A stretch of 64,000 nt of DNA from Nitrosopumilus sp. (GTDB lineage: Archaea; Thermoproteota; Nitrososphaeria; Nitrososphaerales; Nitrosopumilaceae): the NCBI GenBank assembly GCA_965206745.1, contig OZ242220.1, positions 672,001 to 736,000 of the forward strand, in the 5' to 3' direction. The first letter of the stretch is position 1; each line of letters opens with the position of its first letter. Shown one piece after another: positions 51,203-61,014 of this stretch. The position numbers were made by a program, and so were the translations under genes. The notes below the pieces were generated by a model that was given only the letters and a program-made list of their open reading frames with translations, ran no database searches and was not told where the DNA came from.

Positions 51203-52321
51203 TTGAGTCAGACTACTGAGCAGATGCAAAAAAGCGATGTTAGAGATATCTTGGAGAATTCTCTAAATGGTAAAAGGCCTGGCCCTGAAGATTGTCTGAG
51301 GTTGTTAGAATCTGATGACGTTCATTTGATCGGCCTTACTGCAGGCCACCTAACAAGAAAACAATTTGGCAAAAAAGCCTCTTTTATCAATAATATCATT
51401 TTGAACTATACCAATGTATGTATCACCGATTGCAAATTTTGTGCATTTTATAGATCTCCTGGCGCTGATGACTCTTACACTTTGACTCTTGATGAAATTG
51501 AAACTAGGGTTAAGACTTCTTATGATATGTTCAAAATTCGCCAGGTCTTGATTCAGGGCGGACATAATCCGAATTTAAAAATTGAATATTATGAGGATGC
51601 ATTTAGAATGATTCGCGAGAAATTCCCATCTGTTGGCGTCCATGGATTATCTACCTCTGAAATTGACATGATTGCCAGAGTTGAAAAATCATCCACGCAA
51701 GAAATCTTGTCCCGATTAAAAGACGCCGGCTTGCAATCCATTCCTGGCGCCGGTGCTGAAATCTTGACTGACTCTGTTAAGGAGATTATCAGTCCTAAGA
51801 AAATCTCTAGTGCGGCCTGGATCAAAATTATGGATCAGGCGCATTCACTTGGCATTCCCGGTTCTGCAACTATGATGTATGGTAGCGTAGAAAACAATAA
51901 TGACATCGTTGAACATTTTTACAAAATTGTAAAACTGCAAGAAAAAACTAATGGGTTTATGGCATTTATCCCGTGGAATTTTGAGCCAAACAATACGTTG
52001 ATGCAAGAAGAAGGTATCGTGGATTATGGAACCGGCGGAACACAGTTGTTGAAAATGATTGCAATATCTAGACTGGTTCTTGATGGGTTAATACCTCACA
52101 TCCAATCCTCGTGGCTGACTAATGGGGTTGGCATGGCTCAACTTGCATTGCAATACGGCGCTGATGACTTTGGCGGCACTTTGATTGGGGAGGAGGTCGT
52201 CTCATGCACTGGTGCCCGTTCAACGGAGCTTACTGATAAAATAATCATTGATGCCATTCATCAAATTGGCTATCAGGTAGAAGAGCGGGATAATTTCTAT
52301 AATCCTGTCTCTGTGTTATAA
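51203..52321 (+). CDS. mqnC: cyclic dehypoxanthine futalosine synthase (radical SAM, CofH/MqnC family)
   Basis: NYTN.C...C.FCAF, QGG..P, GAEIL, ATMM.G, F.AFIPW, DFGG. Confidence 0.85.
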   Translation: MSQTTEQMQKSDVRDILENSLNGKRPGPEDCLRLLESDDVHLIGLTAGHLTRKQFGKKASFINNIILNYTNVCITDCKFCAFYRSPGADDSYTLTLDEIETRVKTSYDMFKIRQVLIQGGHNPNLKIEYYEDAFRMIREKFPSVGVHGLSTSEIDMIARVEKSSTQEILSRLKDAGLQSIPGAGAEILTDSVKEIISPKKISSAAWIKIMDQAHSLGIPGSATMMYGSVENNNDIVEHFYKIVKLQEKTNGFMAFIPWNFEPNNTLMQEEGIVDYGTGGTQLLKMIAISRLVLDGLIPHIQSSWLTNGVGMAQLALQYGADDFGGTLIGEEVVSCTGARSTELTDKIIIDAIHQIGYQVEERDNFYNPVSVL

Positions 52322-53758
52322 TCCATAACTGGACCATTTGGAATCTACGATCTCCTTTGTCTTCTCATCGACTCTGACTTGCCGCTGGATTTCTCTTAGA
52401 TATCCCTCCTCCCTGGTTTTCTGTGTAGCGTCAATTCCCATCTTCGAACCCAAATTGACTAGCGGTGATGCCGGATCTAGTGTATCTGTTGGCACGTTGT
52501 TGATAATCACCGTATCTCTTGCCGCATCTGCCCTTGTAGTGATCGCCCAAATTACATCATTGAGATCATGCACGTTGATCTCCTCATCTACCACAACGAA
52601 CATCTTTGTAAGTGATAACTGCCCCATGCCCCATAGCCCCATCATGACTTTTTTGGCCTGGCCTGGATATCTTTTCTTAATTGATATGATTGCAAATCCT
52701 TGGAACCAGCCTGCCGGCGGCATGCTAAAATCTACCACTTCTGGATGGAGCATTTGGATCAGTGGCAAAAATGAGCGCTCAATCACCTTGCCGATATACG
52801 CATCCTCCAGAATTGGCTTTCCGACAACAGTCGTTACGTATATCGGATCCTTTCTTCGCATGATCCCTGTCAGTGTGAATGTCGGATACGGTTCTACTGG
52901 TGTGTAGTAACCTGTGTGGTCTCCGAACGGTCCCTCATCTCTAATGTCGGCCGGATCTACATACCCTTCTAAAACTATCTCTGCATTAGCTGGAACGTCC
53001 AAGTCTATTGTTTTGCATTTCACGGTTTTGATTCCTTCCTTTCTTGTAATTCCTGCAAACAAATATTTGTCCAGTCCCTCCGGCACCGGCGCAATTGATG
53101 AAAATATTGTTGCTGGTTCTCCTCCGATGATTATCGCAGTTGGGATCTTCTCGCCCTTTTCTTTTGAGATCTCGCCATGATGTGCCCCCCTCTTGTGTTT
53201 TTGCCAGTGCATTAGCGCATGAGTTTTATCAACTATTTGTATTCTATAAACTCCGAGATTTCTAACCCCTGTCTCTGGATGTTTTGTTGCAACCAATCCC
53301 AAAGTGATAAATCGGCCTGCATCATCAGGCCATGATTTTAAAATTGGCAAATCATCAAAGGATGCATCATCCGATGTAATCTCTGTAACTGGACCACTGG
53401 CTTCTGCTTTGGGGAATGAAGCAGTCATCTTGGTTAGTTCTGGGAGTTTCTTAATTTTGTTTAGCAATCCTGACGGAATGTCCATCTTTGTCATGTCTGC
53501 AATGCGTTGACCAATTTCAGCAAAGTCTGTCATTTCAAGTCCGATCTCCAGTCTTTTCATAGATCCGAACGCGTTTCCTAAAACTGGCATATTGTGTCCT
53601 TTTACATTTTCAAAAAGTATTGCAGGGCCATTGGCGTACATCTCCCTCCTCATAATTTCGGCAATTTCTAAATCAGAGTCGACTTCGGTTCCAACCCTCT
53701 TCAACTCCCCTTGCTTTTCAAGCTCTGCTATGAAATCCCTGATACCTTCTATTGCCAT
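52316..53758 (-). CDS. ubiD: UbiD-family menaquinone-biosynthesis decarboxylase
   Basis: N.G.YR, EGPFGDHTGYY, LDP.S, K.GIDAT. Confidence 0.92.
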   Translation of the reverse strand: MAIEGIRDFIAELEKQGELKRVGTEVDSDLEIAEIMRREMYANGPAILFENVKGHNMPVLGNAFGSMKRLEIGLEMTDFAEIGQRIADMTKMDIPSGLLNKIKKLPELTKMTASFPKAEASGPVTEITSDDASFDDLPILKSWPDDAGRFITLGLVATKHPETGVRNLGVYRIQIVDKTHALMHWQKHKRGAHHGEISKEKGEKIPTAIIIGGEPATIFSSIAPVPEGLDKYLFAGITRKEGIKTVKCKTIDLDVPANAEIVLEGYVDPADIRDEGPFGDHTGYYTPVEPYPTFTLTGIMRRKDPIYVTTVVGKPILEDAYIGKVIERSFLPLIQMLHPEVVDFSMPPAGWFQGFAIISIKKRYPGQAKKVMMGLWGMGQLSLTKMFVVVDEEINVHDLNDVIWAITTRADAARDTVIINNVPTDTLDPASPLVNLGSKMGIDATQKTREEGYLREIQRQVRVDEKTKEIVDSKWSSYGL

Positions 53759-53799
53759 GTCTGCTGTCTAGTCAGATCAAGTATAAGCTTAACTCGATT

Positions 53800-54174
53800 T
53801 TACATTGGCGGAAGTTCTGTCTTTCTATCATGTCCGCCCGATCCAAATTTACAATAAAAACATAATTCTGATTCCATATACTTTAGCTGCTCAATTTGAA
53901 TTGCGCCAAGCTTTAGTGCAATTTTTGTCAGAATTCTATATTTTAATGGCATGGCTGGAATCACCTCGTCTAGATATACTCTGTAATGATCTGGACAAAA
54001 TTTCAAAGTGACTTTGGATGGCTCTTTACCTTTTTCGTTAACTTGTTTTGTAAAGTTGATCTGTTCTCTGATGTATTCGTGCTTTGGACATGGACAATCT
54101 TTGCCTCCTGGATGCTTGTATGCTGGCGTGTTCTTCCAGTCAAATTCCGGATATTCTCTTTCAAAGTCATCCAT
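53800..54174 (-). CDS. Cys/His-rich hypothetical protein
   Basis: CPCPKH, CPDH, CFYC; divergent from the 54271 gene. Confidence 0.75.
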   Translation of the reverse strand: MDDFEREYPEFDWKNTPAYKHPGGKDCPCPKHEYIREQINFTKQVNEKGKEPSKVTLKFCPDHYRVYLDEVIPAMPLKYRILTKIALKLGAIQIEQLKYMESELCFYCKFGSGGHDRKTELPPM

Positions 54175-54270
54175 GATATTTAGTATGCAAATTAGCATAT
54201 AAAACTTGATCAAAATTAGTTGGCATAATCAACCCAAATGTACATAAACCCAAGATTAACCACCAAAATT

Positions 54271-54930
54271 ATGGTAGCTGCTAAAAAGCAAACAAAAAAA
54301 GATCTTGAAGGCAAGATTGCCGAATTAGAAGCAAAGATAAGTCAACTCTCTACTCAGATAGAAACAAAGCCAGCTCAAGCAAAGCCGGCTGAGGTAAAAC
54401 CGTCTGAGAGACCTGCAACCACCAAACCAAAGGGCACATTGCCTAAAGGAATGGCAGAAAAACCTGTAGCAACCACCAAACCAAAGGCTGTATTGCCTAA
54501 AGGAATGGCAGAAAAACCTGCAGAGGCTCCAAAGCCTGCTGAAACTGCATCACAGCCTCCAGCAACTGTACAGGCCGCATTAGAGAATGCATACATGACT
54601 GCCCCGATGACATCATTTCATGATTACAGGGCAAAGGTCACAGGCTATTCTCCAGCACCTAACAGATACTTTGTTAGATTGACTGCTCCTGTAGGAAAAG
54701 TTCCAACCAAAAACTGGAATGATCAAAAAGCAGTGGTAACTGGTTACACCGCAGCATCAAACCAGTACTTTGCAACACGAGCAAGACTTGCATATCATCC
54801 TGCTGATAAAACATTTGGAAGTTTTAGTGGGATCAATATGAGCGTTGAAGGTGTTGATGCACCTGCACAACAAGCTCCTACGCCGGAACCACCAAAGCCT
54901 AAAAGAGGCACACTACCAAAAGGTTTCTAA
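54271..54930 (+). CDS. coiled-coil/low-complexity protein with LPKG motifs (paralogue A)
   Basis: Start at MVAAKK supported by an upstream box shared with paralogue B. Confidence 0.85.
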   Translation: MVAAKKQTKKDLEGKIAELEAKISQLSTQIETKPAQAKPAEVKPSERPATTKPKGTLPKGMAEKPVATTKPKAVLPKGMAEKPAEAPKPAETASQPPATVQAALENAYMTAPMTSFHDYRAKVTGYSPAPNRYFVRLTAPVGKVPTKNWNDQKAVVTGYTAASNQYFATRARLAYHPADKTFGSFSGINMSVEGVDAPAQQAPTPEPPKPKRGTLPKGF

Positions 54931-55925
54931 TTCAACAACATCCTTTATTTTATATTTTTAATAGTAATGTTCATCTTTGACCCTATTCTACACTATACAT
55001 GGCTCCAAAAATCAAATGTCCCAACTGCCAGCAGAATGAATGGCTTGAGAACAATGAGCTAGGCTACCTTCCAGCGGTTATGAAAATGGATGATGGAACT
55101 TATGCCGCTGATACCCGCAATGGAATTCATGTTAGATTGTGGAGGTGTAATAATTGCATGTATATACTACAATTTTGGGAGCCAGATTAATTGAAAATCG
55201 ATGTAATTTTTACAAAATATCGTTTGTTTTTACTAATTAATTTGAATAAAAATTTTCAATGATCAAAATGTAAATAAACAATGTAATATTTAGTGTAAGG
55301 AATGGTCGCAAAAAACAAAGCAAGTACGAAGAAAGATCTAGAAGCTAAAATTGTAGAATTAGAGGCAAAACTGACTAAATTGTCGACACAGCTTGAAGCC
55401 AAACCGACACCAAAGCCAGCTCAAGCAAAGCCGGCAGAAACAAAGCCAGCTCAAGCAAAGCCGGCAGAAACAAAGCCATCTGAGAGACCTGCAGCAACTG
55501 CCAAACCAAAGGGCACATTACCTAAAGGAATGGCAGAAAAACCTGCAGAGGCTCCAAAGCCTGCTGAAACTGCATCACAGCCTCCAGCAACTGTACAGGC
55601 CGCATTAGAGAATGCATACATGACTGCCCCGATGACATCATTTCATGATTACAGGGCAAAGGTCACAGGCTATTCTCCAGCACCTAACAGATACTTTGTT
55701 AGATTGACTGCTCCTGTAGGAAAAGTTCCAACCAAAAACTGGAATGATCAAAAAGCAGTGGTAACTGGTTACACCGCAGCATCAAACCAGTACTTTGCAA
55801 CACGAGCAAGACTTGCATATCATCCTGCTGATAAAACATTTGGAAGTTTTAGTGGGATCAATATGAGCGTTGAAGGTGTTGATGCACCTGCACAACAAGC
55901 TCCTACGCCGGAACCACCAAAGCCT
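54496..55925. repeat. 405-bp identical direct repeat (54496-54900 = 55521-55925)
   Basis: No mismatch seen on reading both copies. Confidence 0.92.
54999..55190 (+). CDS. small zinc-ribbon protein
   Basis: CPNC..CNNC. Confidence 0.75.
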   Translation: MAPKIKCPNCQQNEWLENNELGYLPAVMKMDDGTYAADTRNGIHVRLWRCNNCMYILQFWEPD

Positions 55926-56222
55926 GCAAAAGGTACGCTTCCTAAAGGTATGGGACAAACGCAGCAAGCACCTCCACAGTCAACAAATGTTGCAGATGAT
56001 GGAAAATCTAGACAAGACGAACTTGCAGATTATGAAACAGATTACTTGAAAAGAATAGAACAACAAAAAATAGATGACGAGAAAGCATTTCAAGAACTTC
56101 TTGAGGCAGAGGCTAAAGCTCGCTCTACAGCAAATAGAGGCACACTGCCAAAAGGTTTTGAAGCAAAATCAGAACCTGAAGCACCAAAGGCATCTAGTGG
56201 CACACTGCCAAAAGGTTTCTAA
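55302..56222 (+). CDS. coiled-coil/low-complexity protein with GTLPKG motifs (paralogue B)
   Basis: 306-aa ORF, four GTLPKG(M/F) motifs. Confidence 0.88.
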   Translation: MVAKNKASTKKDLEAKIVELEAKLTKLSTQLEAKPTPKPAQAKPAETKPAQAKPAETKPSERPAATAKPKGTLPKGMAEKPAEAPKPAETASQPPATVQAALENAYMTAPMTSFHDYRAKVTGYSPAPNRYFVRLTAPVGKVPTKNWNDQKAVVTGYTAASNQYFATRARLAYHPADKTFGSFSGINMSVEGVDAPAQQAPTPEPPKPAKGTLPKGMGQTQQAPPQSTNVADDGKSRQDELADYETDYLKRIEQQKIDDEKAFQELLEAEAKARSTANRGTLPKGFEAKSEPEAPKASSGTLPKGF

Positions 56223-56248
56223 TCTTTCAACATCTTTTCTTTTAATTT

Positions 56249-56713
56249 TTATTTTAGATTCAGGAAATCCTCTAGAACTTCTTTAGCATGTCCTGCTGGT
56301 TTCACCTTGGGATATATTTTGAAAATTTTCCCCTTTTCATTCACAAGAAACGTGCTTCTCATGACTCCCATGTACTCACGGCCCATGAATTTTTTCTTGC
56401 CCCAAACACCAAACAAGTTTGATATTTCTTTCTCCACATCTGCTAGCAGTGGATATTTGATTTCCATTTTGTCGCAGAATTTTTTGTGAGATTCGACATC
56501 GTCTGGACTGACACCTATAATCTCAATTCCTTCTTTTTGGAATTTCTTATAATCCTTGGAAAACTCGTCTGCTTCTGTTGTGCATCCTGGGGTGAAATCC
56601 TTTGGATAAAAGTAGATGACGTGTTTTTTGCCCTTAAAATCACTTGATTTTACCTTGTTTCCATTAGCGTCATTTACTGCAAATTTTGGAACAGGATCGC
56701 CTTGAGAAACCAT
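56249..56713 (-). CDS. bcp: BCP-type peroxiredoxin
   Basis: YFYPKD.TPGCT.EA, RSTF. Confidence 0.93.
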   Translation of the reverse strand: MVSQGDPVPKFAVNDANGNKVKSSDFKGKKHVIYFYPKDFTPGCTTEADEFSKDYKKFQKEGIEIIGVSPDDVESHKKFCDKMEIKYPLLADVEKEISNLFGVWGKKKFMGREYMGVMRSTFLVNEKGKIFKIYPKVKPAGHAKEVLEDFLNLK

Positions 56714-56816
56714 GTATCTACAAAGAATCAAGCCGTAATTAATTACTTTTTGAGATCATCTGATCAAAAAATCGAGTTCGAATCTTTTATATGGATATTG
56801 GCGAGGCTTTAGCCTT

Positions 56817-57521
56817 ATGGTTAACCCAAGAGCGTATCTTGCAGAAGCAATTGCAACATATGGCTTGGTATTCTTTGGCCCTCTTTCAGTAATTCTGGCA
56901 GTTTCTGCATTTGGTGAAGAATTGACAACGCAGTCTGTATTGTTCATTTCCCTTGGACACGGTGGTGCTATTGCCTTGATGGTCTATGCGTTTGGACACG
57001 TTTCTGGCGCTCATATCAATCCTGCAGTCACCATTCCTATGATGATTACCAAGAAAATTGGGATCGTAGATGGGGTTGGATATATCGCCTCACAGTTAAT
57101 CGGTGCAGTGGCAGCCGCTGCCACACTCATGGTAATATTGCCTGAACTTGGCGCTAAAGTCAACTTTGCAACTCAAGGAGGTCCCAGTGATTTAATCAAT
57201 AACAGTGTTGGTTCTGGATTTGCAATTGAGGCAATCTTGACATTTTTCTTGGTGACTGTAATCTTTATGACTGCTGTTCACAAGAAAGCATCTCCTGGAT
57301 GGCACGGATTTACAATCGGTGGCATGGTTTTCCTAATCCACCTGATTGCAGTACCGTTGACTGGCGCATCTGTAAACCCTGCAAGAACATTTGGTCCTGC
57401 TTTGATCTCTGGATTCTGGGAGTTTCATTGGTTATACTGGGCAGCGCCGATTTTAGGCGGAATTATTGCCGGATTAATCATGAATTATGTCTATACCAAA
57501 CCTGCAGAAAAAGAGGCGTGA
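56817..57521 (+). CDS. MIP-family channel (aquaporin)
   Basis: SGAHINPAVT and NPART motifs. Confidence 0.95.
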   Translation: MVNPRAYLAEAIATYGLVFFGPLSVILAVSAFGEELTTQSVLFISLGHGGAIALMVYAFGHVSGAHINPAVTIPMMITKKIGIVDGVGYIASQLIGAVAAAATLMVILPELGAKVNFATQGGPSDLINNSVGSGFAIEAILTFFLVTVIFMTAVHKKASPGWHGFTIGGMVFLIHLIAVPLTGASVNPARTFGPALISGFWEFHWLYWAAPILGGIIAGLIMNYVYTKPAEKEA

Positions 57522-57560
57522 TCCTAACATTTTTAAAAATTCAGACTCTTGCTTTTGAAT

Positions 57561-57995
57561 ATGACCTCATCTGATGATGTCTCCCAAATGTTTGATTCTG
57601 AATCTCAAAAGCTTCAAAATATGATTGACTCTCTGAATTCTAAAACTGATACTGATGTCCCTCAAATCGTCGAGACCTACTACCATGTCATCAATGTCTC
57701 CTCTATGGTCACAATGCTCAAACAAAACGCGGATTTTGAGCCTAAAGTGTTGGAAAAAATCCGGGAAACTGAAGATCTAATTTCTGAAAAATTTGATTCT
57801 GAGATTCATCCAAAAATACTGGCAAAATTATCTGCATCAATTCAGGAATTAACAAATAAACTACAATCTGATAATCCTGGCGAAAAATCAAAAGAACAGA
57901 TAGAGTTGGATGCTCAACTGTTTGAGAAGTTACGGCAAAATATGAGTACTAGAGAATTTGTTAAACAATATGATCATGGCATCTCTGATGATTGA
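57561..57995 (+). CDS. helical hypothetical protein
   Basis: ORF overlapping the start of the next gene. Confidence 0.7.
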   Translation: MTSSDDVSQMFDSESQKLQNMIDSLNSKTDTDVPQIVETYYHVINVSSMVTMLKQNADFEPKVLEKIRETEDLISEKFDSEIHPKILAKLSASIQELTNKLQSDNPGEKSKEQIELDAQLFEKLRQNMSTREFVKQYDHGISDD

Positions 57996-58809
57996 AGATA
58001 TTGCAAAAAATTTAGTCGAGCTAAAAAGAGAATTTGTCAAAGTCTATGATGGCAATAGCCAGATTCAGGAACTAGTGCCAAAATCAAGATCCGAATCATT
58101 CCCGATTGAGGAATCTCATTTAAATTTATTACACCAGTTTGCTACGAAAAACCCGATATACTATAACTCATTTGAGCAGAAGATTGGCTCCGTTGACTGT
58201 ATTGTGTATGAGGGAGACATTAACAAATATTGGCTAAACAGTATACTGCACAGCTCAAGCAAGGCTCCGTTCTCCCCTACATGGTTGATGTCTGGATATG
58301 TTGGGGCATTGCTTGCAAAAAAGATGGGATATTCTGAAGTAATTGATATTGGTTCAGGCGATGGGCGTATTGCGTTTTGTGCCAAGATTTTGGATATGGT
58401 CTCATATAGTATTGAGATTGATAGCATGCTCGTAGATCTGCAAAATCACTTGACCTCCATACTGGACTTTAATCCTCACTGCTCTGATGCAATGACGTTT
58501 GATTACGCTTCCTTGAATTTTTTGCGGCCTATCTTTTTCATTGGCGGATTGGCACAAATGGGCGGAACCTTTCTTGCCAGTGGGGTGTTGGACAAAATAA
58601 GCTCTATTTCGAATCTGAAGCAGAGATCTGGCTGGGTGTTTGCTGGAACTTTATCTCGAAAATACCCTCCTGATCCCAAAAATGAGGCCGGATGGGGCAC
58701 TCTGATTGAAAATAATGGTTTAAAATCCATTCAAAATGTTTCTTTGCCTGCTGCTTGGACTTTGCATGAACCTGATGAAACTCTGTATGTCTTTGCAGAA
58801 TCCAACTAA
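57988..58809 (+). CDS. SAM-methyltransferase-fold protein
   Basis: VIDIGSGDGR, SIEID. Confidence 0.7.
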   Translation: MIEDIAKNLVELKREFVKVYDGNSQIQELVPKSRSESFPIEESHLNLLHQFATKNPIYYNSFEQKIGSVDCIVYEGDINKYWLNSILHSSSKAPFSPTWLMSGYVGALLAKKMGYSEVIDIGSGDGRIAFCAKILDMVSYSIEIDSMLVDLQNHLTSILDFNPHCSDAMTFDYASLNFLRPIFFIGGLAQMGGTFLASGVLDKISSISNLKQRSGWVFAGTLSRKYPPDPKNEAGWGTLIENNGLKSIQNVSLPAAWTLHEPDETLYVFAESN

Positions 58810-58847
58810 TAGCAATCCAAATTAAGCGTAAATTTACAAAACATTTT

Positions 58848-58922
58848 GGACTCGTTGCATAGCTTGGATAGTGCGATTGCTTGCGGAGCAATAGGTCGTC
58901 GGTTCGAATCCGATCGGGTCCG
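58848..58922 (+). tRNA. tRNA-Arg(GCG)
   Basis: GGACTCG/CGGGTCC acceptor stem, ATTGC-TTGCGGA-GCAAT anticodon arm, GGTTCGAATCC. Confidence 0.93.
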
Positions 58923-59078
58923 TTACTGTCTTATTCTGGTTAACATTCCACTGTCTTGTATCTGCGGTTCTAGCGTATGTGAAAATACTGCCGACGCCAA
59001 ATTTTGATAAAACTCAAATTTCATCAAAGCCTATTAGTACACTATCCATTAATTCATCATGCTCAAAAACACCCATAA

Positions 59079-59200
59079 CTATGTCACATAAATTTAACAG
59101 CTATATCTCGATGAGACTTTGATGGTTTTTGACGATTTTGGAGAAAATTTAGATCACCTGAATTTAACGGTTAAAACTCTATGTCACATATTCTTAACAG
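59079..59200. promoter_or_regulatory. two palindromic TATGTCACATA sites 100 bp apart (putative operators)
   Basis: ctatgtcacata-N3-ttaacag at 59079 and 59179. Confidence 0.5.
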
Positions 59201-59274
59201 TGTCAAAACACACATCAGCTTGCTTGGAATTACAGACGTAATCTTTTTATTCCCATTCTCATGATCTTTTTATT

Positions 59275-59556
59275 ATGAAAAACAAAAAAATAGGATACGC
59301 TCTAATATTATCATCGTTTATTTTTCTATTTGCCCCAATCATCCTAATCTTTAATACTCTCTATGCATCGATATGGGGATTATTATTTGATAAAGATGCA
59401 GGTCATGTGCTTTCTTCTCCTGTGATAGATTTTGCATTTGCTTCCGAAATTGGTATTATTTTAATTGTGTTTGAACTAGTCGTTGGAATTTTACTTTTTA
59501 GCGCAGGCATATACGTTGTAAGACTTTCGAGAAGCCATTCTGAAACCAAACAATAA
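59275..59556 (+). CDS. 2-TM membrane protein
   Basis: 93-aa ORF with two hydrophobic helices. Confidence 0.65.
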   Translation: MKNKKIGYALILSSFIFLFAPIILIFNTLYASIWGLLFDKDAGHVLSSPVIDFAFASEIGIILIVFELVVGILLFSAGIYVVRLSRSHSETKQ

Positions 59557-59679
59557 TCGTGGAATTTCCCTATTATGTCATATTTATGGGTAATAATAAA
59601 ACCAGAGTCACATCCTCAAAGATTTGACAGTATTTCCTTGATAGATCTCTTATAATCTAGTGCGGGATCCGATTCTTTA

Positions 59680-60963
59680 ATGACTGCAAAAAACATGCAA
59701 TTTGCAATACCTCTCTTGGCACTAGTGTTGCTAATTTCAACCGGATTGGCAAATGCACAAACATCAGGCGGTGTGGGGGATAAGATAGACACCCCATACA
59801 CCGTAGACGAAATTGCACATTCATTTTCTATAATGGAGGAATATGTCATTTATGATGAAAATAAAAACATCACATTTGATATAGACCGTGCAATTGCAAA
59901 TAATGTAACCCAGTCTGATATTGATATTGCATTAGACTTTGCAGCTCATAGTAATGCTGCTATTAATACCGTAATTGGTTCAACAATACCTACAGGCGGT
60001 CTTTCAACAGAAAACCAACAACTCACTAATGCAATGGACGAATTCAAAGATGGCAAGTTCAGATATTTGACGCCTGTTCCTTCCCCTCTAAAGCAAACCT
60101 CTCAAGGAACTCTCCCTTCAAATGTTACGTGCAATGAAGGAAAAACACTTGTGTTAAAGCAAAAAAATGGTTTGCCTGCATGTGTTACTCCTTCCAGTGT
60201 TGAAAAATTAATCGCCCGAGGATGGGCAATACATGCCTTGCCTGATTATAAAAATGAAAATACCAATTCTGAAATTTTTGCACTTGGCAAGTATCAGACT
60301 GTCTCAGAATCTGTAACTTATTTTGAGGAGACGGCCGGATATTTGGCAAAGCCTTCAACTGATGGAGATTTTCCTGGGATTGTAATGATTCATGAATGGT
60401 GGGGACTAAATGATCACATCAAAGAGATGGCCGACAAACTTGCATCCCACGGGTACGTTGTTTTAGCTGTTGACCTATATGGCGGCCAGGTGGCCACTAC
60501 ATCTGATCAAGCAAGACAGCTGGTCACCTCGTATGATTCTCAATACGGTAAACAAAACATGAATTCTGCTGTCTCCATGCTAAATGACGATTACTCTGTA
60601 GATAATGTGGGTTCGATTGGTTGGTGTTTTGGTGGAGGACAGTCTTTGAATCTTGCATTGGAGAACAGTGAGATGGATGCAACTGTGATTTACTATGGCT
60701 CCCTTGTAACTGATCCCGAATTGCTATCTTCCATCAATTGGCCCGTACTTGGCATTTTCGCTGAATTGGATAAAGGAATCCCTAGCGAAACCGTGATGAA
60801 CTTTGAATCTGCCTTAAATGAGTTGAATGTGGAAAACCAAATTCACATTTACGATGACGTTGATCATGCCTTTGCAAATCCTTCCGGAGAGCGGCATGCC
60901 CCTGAGGAATCTAAGGATGCCTGGGCCCGCACCATCTCCTTTCTAGAGTCAAATCTAAAGTGA
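59680..60963 (+). CDS. secreted dienelactone hydrolase family protein with N-terminal extension and Cys module
   Basis: Signal peptide; HEWWGLN, GWCFGG, YYG, HAFAN. Confidence 0.85.
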   Translation: MTAKNMQFAIPLLALVLLISTGLANAQTSGGVGDKIDTPYTVDEIAHSFSIMEEYVIYDENKNITFDIDRAIANNVTQSDIDIALDFAAHSNAAINTVIGSTIPTGGLSTENQQLTNAMDEFKDGKFRYLTPVPSPLKQTSQGTLPSNVTCNEGKTLVLKQKNGLPACVTPSSVEKLIARGWAIHALPDYKNENTNSEIFALGKYQTVSESVTYFEETAGYLAKPSTDGDFPGIVMIHEWWGLNDHIKEMADKLASHGYVVLAVDLYGGQVATTSDQARQLVTSYDSQYGKQNMNSAVSMLNDDYSVDNVGSIGWCFGGGQSLNLALENSEMDATVIYYGSLVTDPELLSSINWPVLGIFAELDKGIPSETVMNFESALNELNVENQIHIYDDVDHAFANPSGERHAPEESKDAWARTISFLESNLK

Positions 60964-61014
60964 TTTTCTCTTGTTTTCTCGTAGAGATCTTAAATATCAC
61001 AGTTTCCAAATACA

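Noticed and set aside
2146-58891. Numerous short antisense or alternate-frame ORFs in the track
   Set aside because: They overlap well-supported genes and lack motifs
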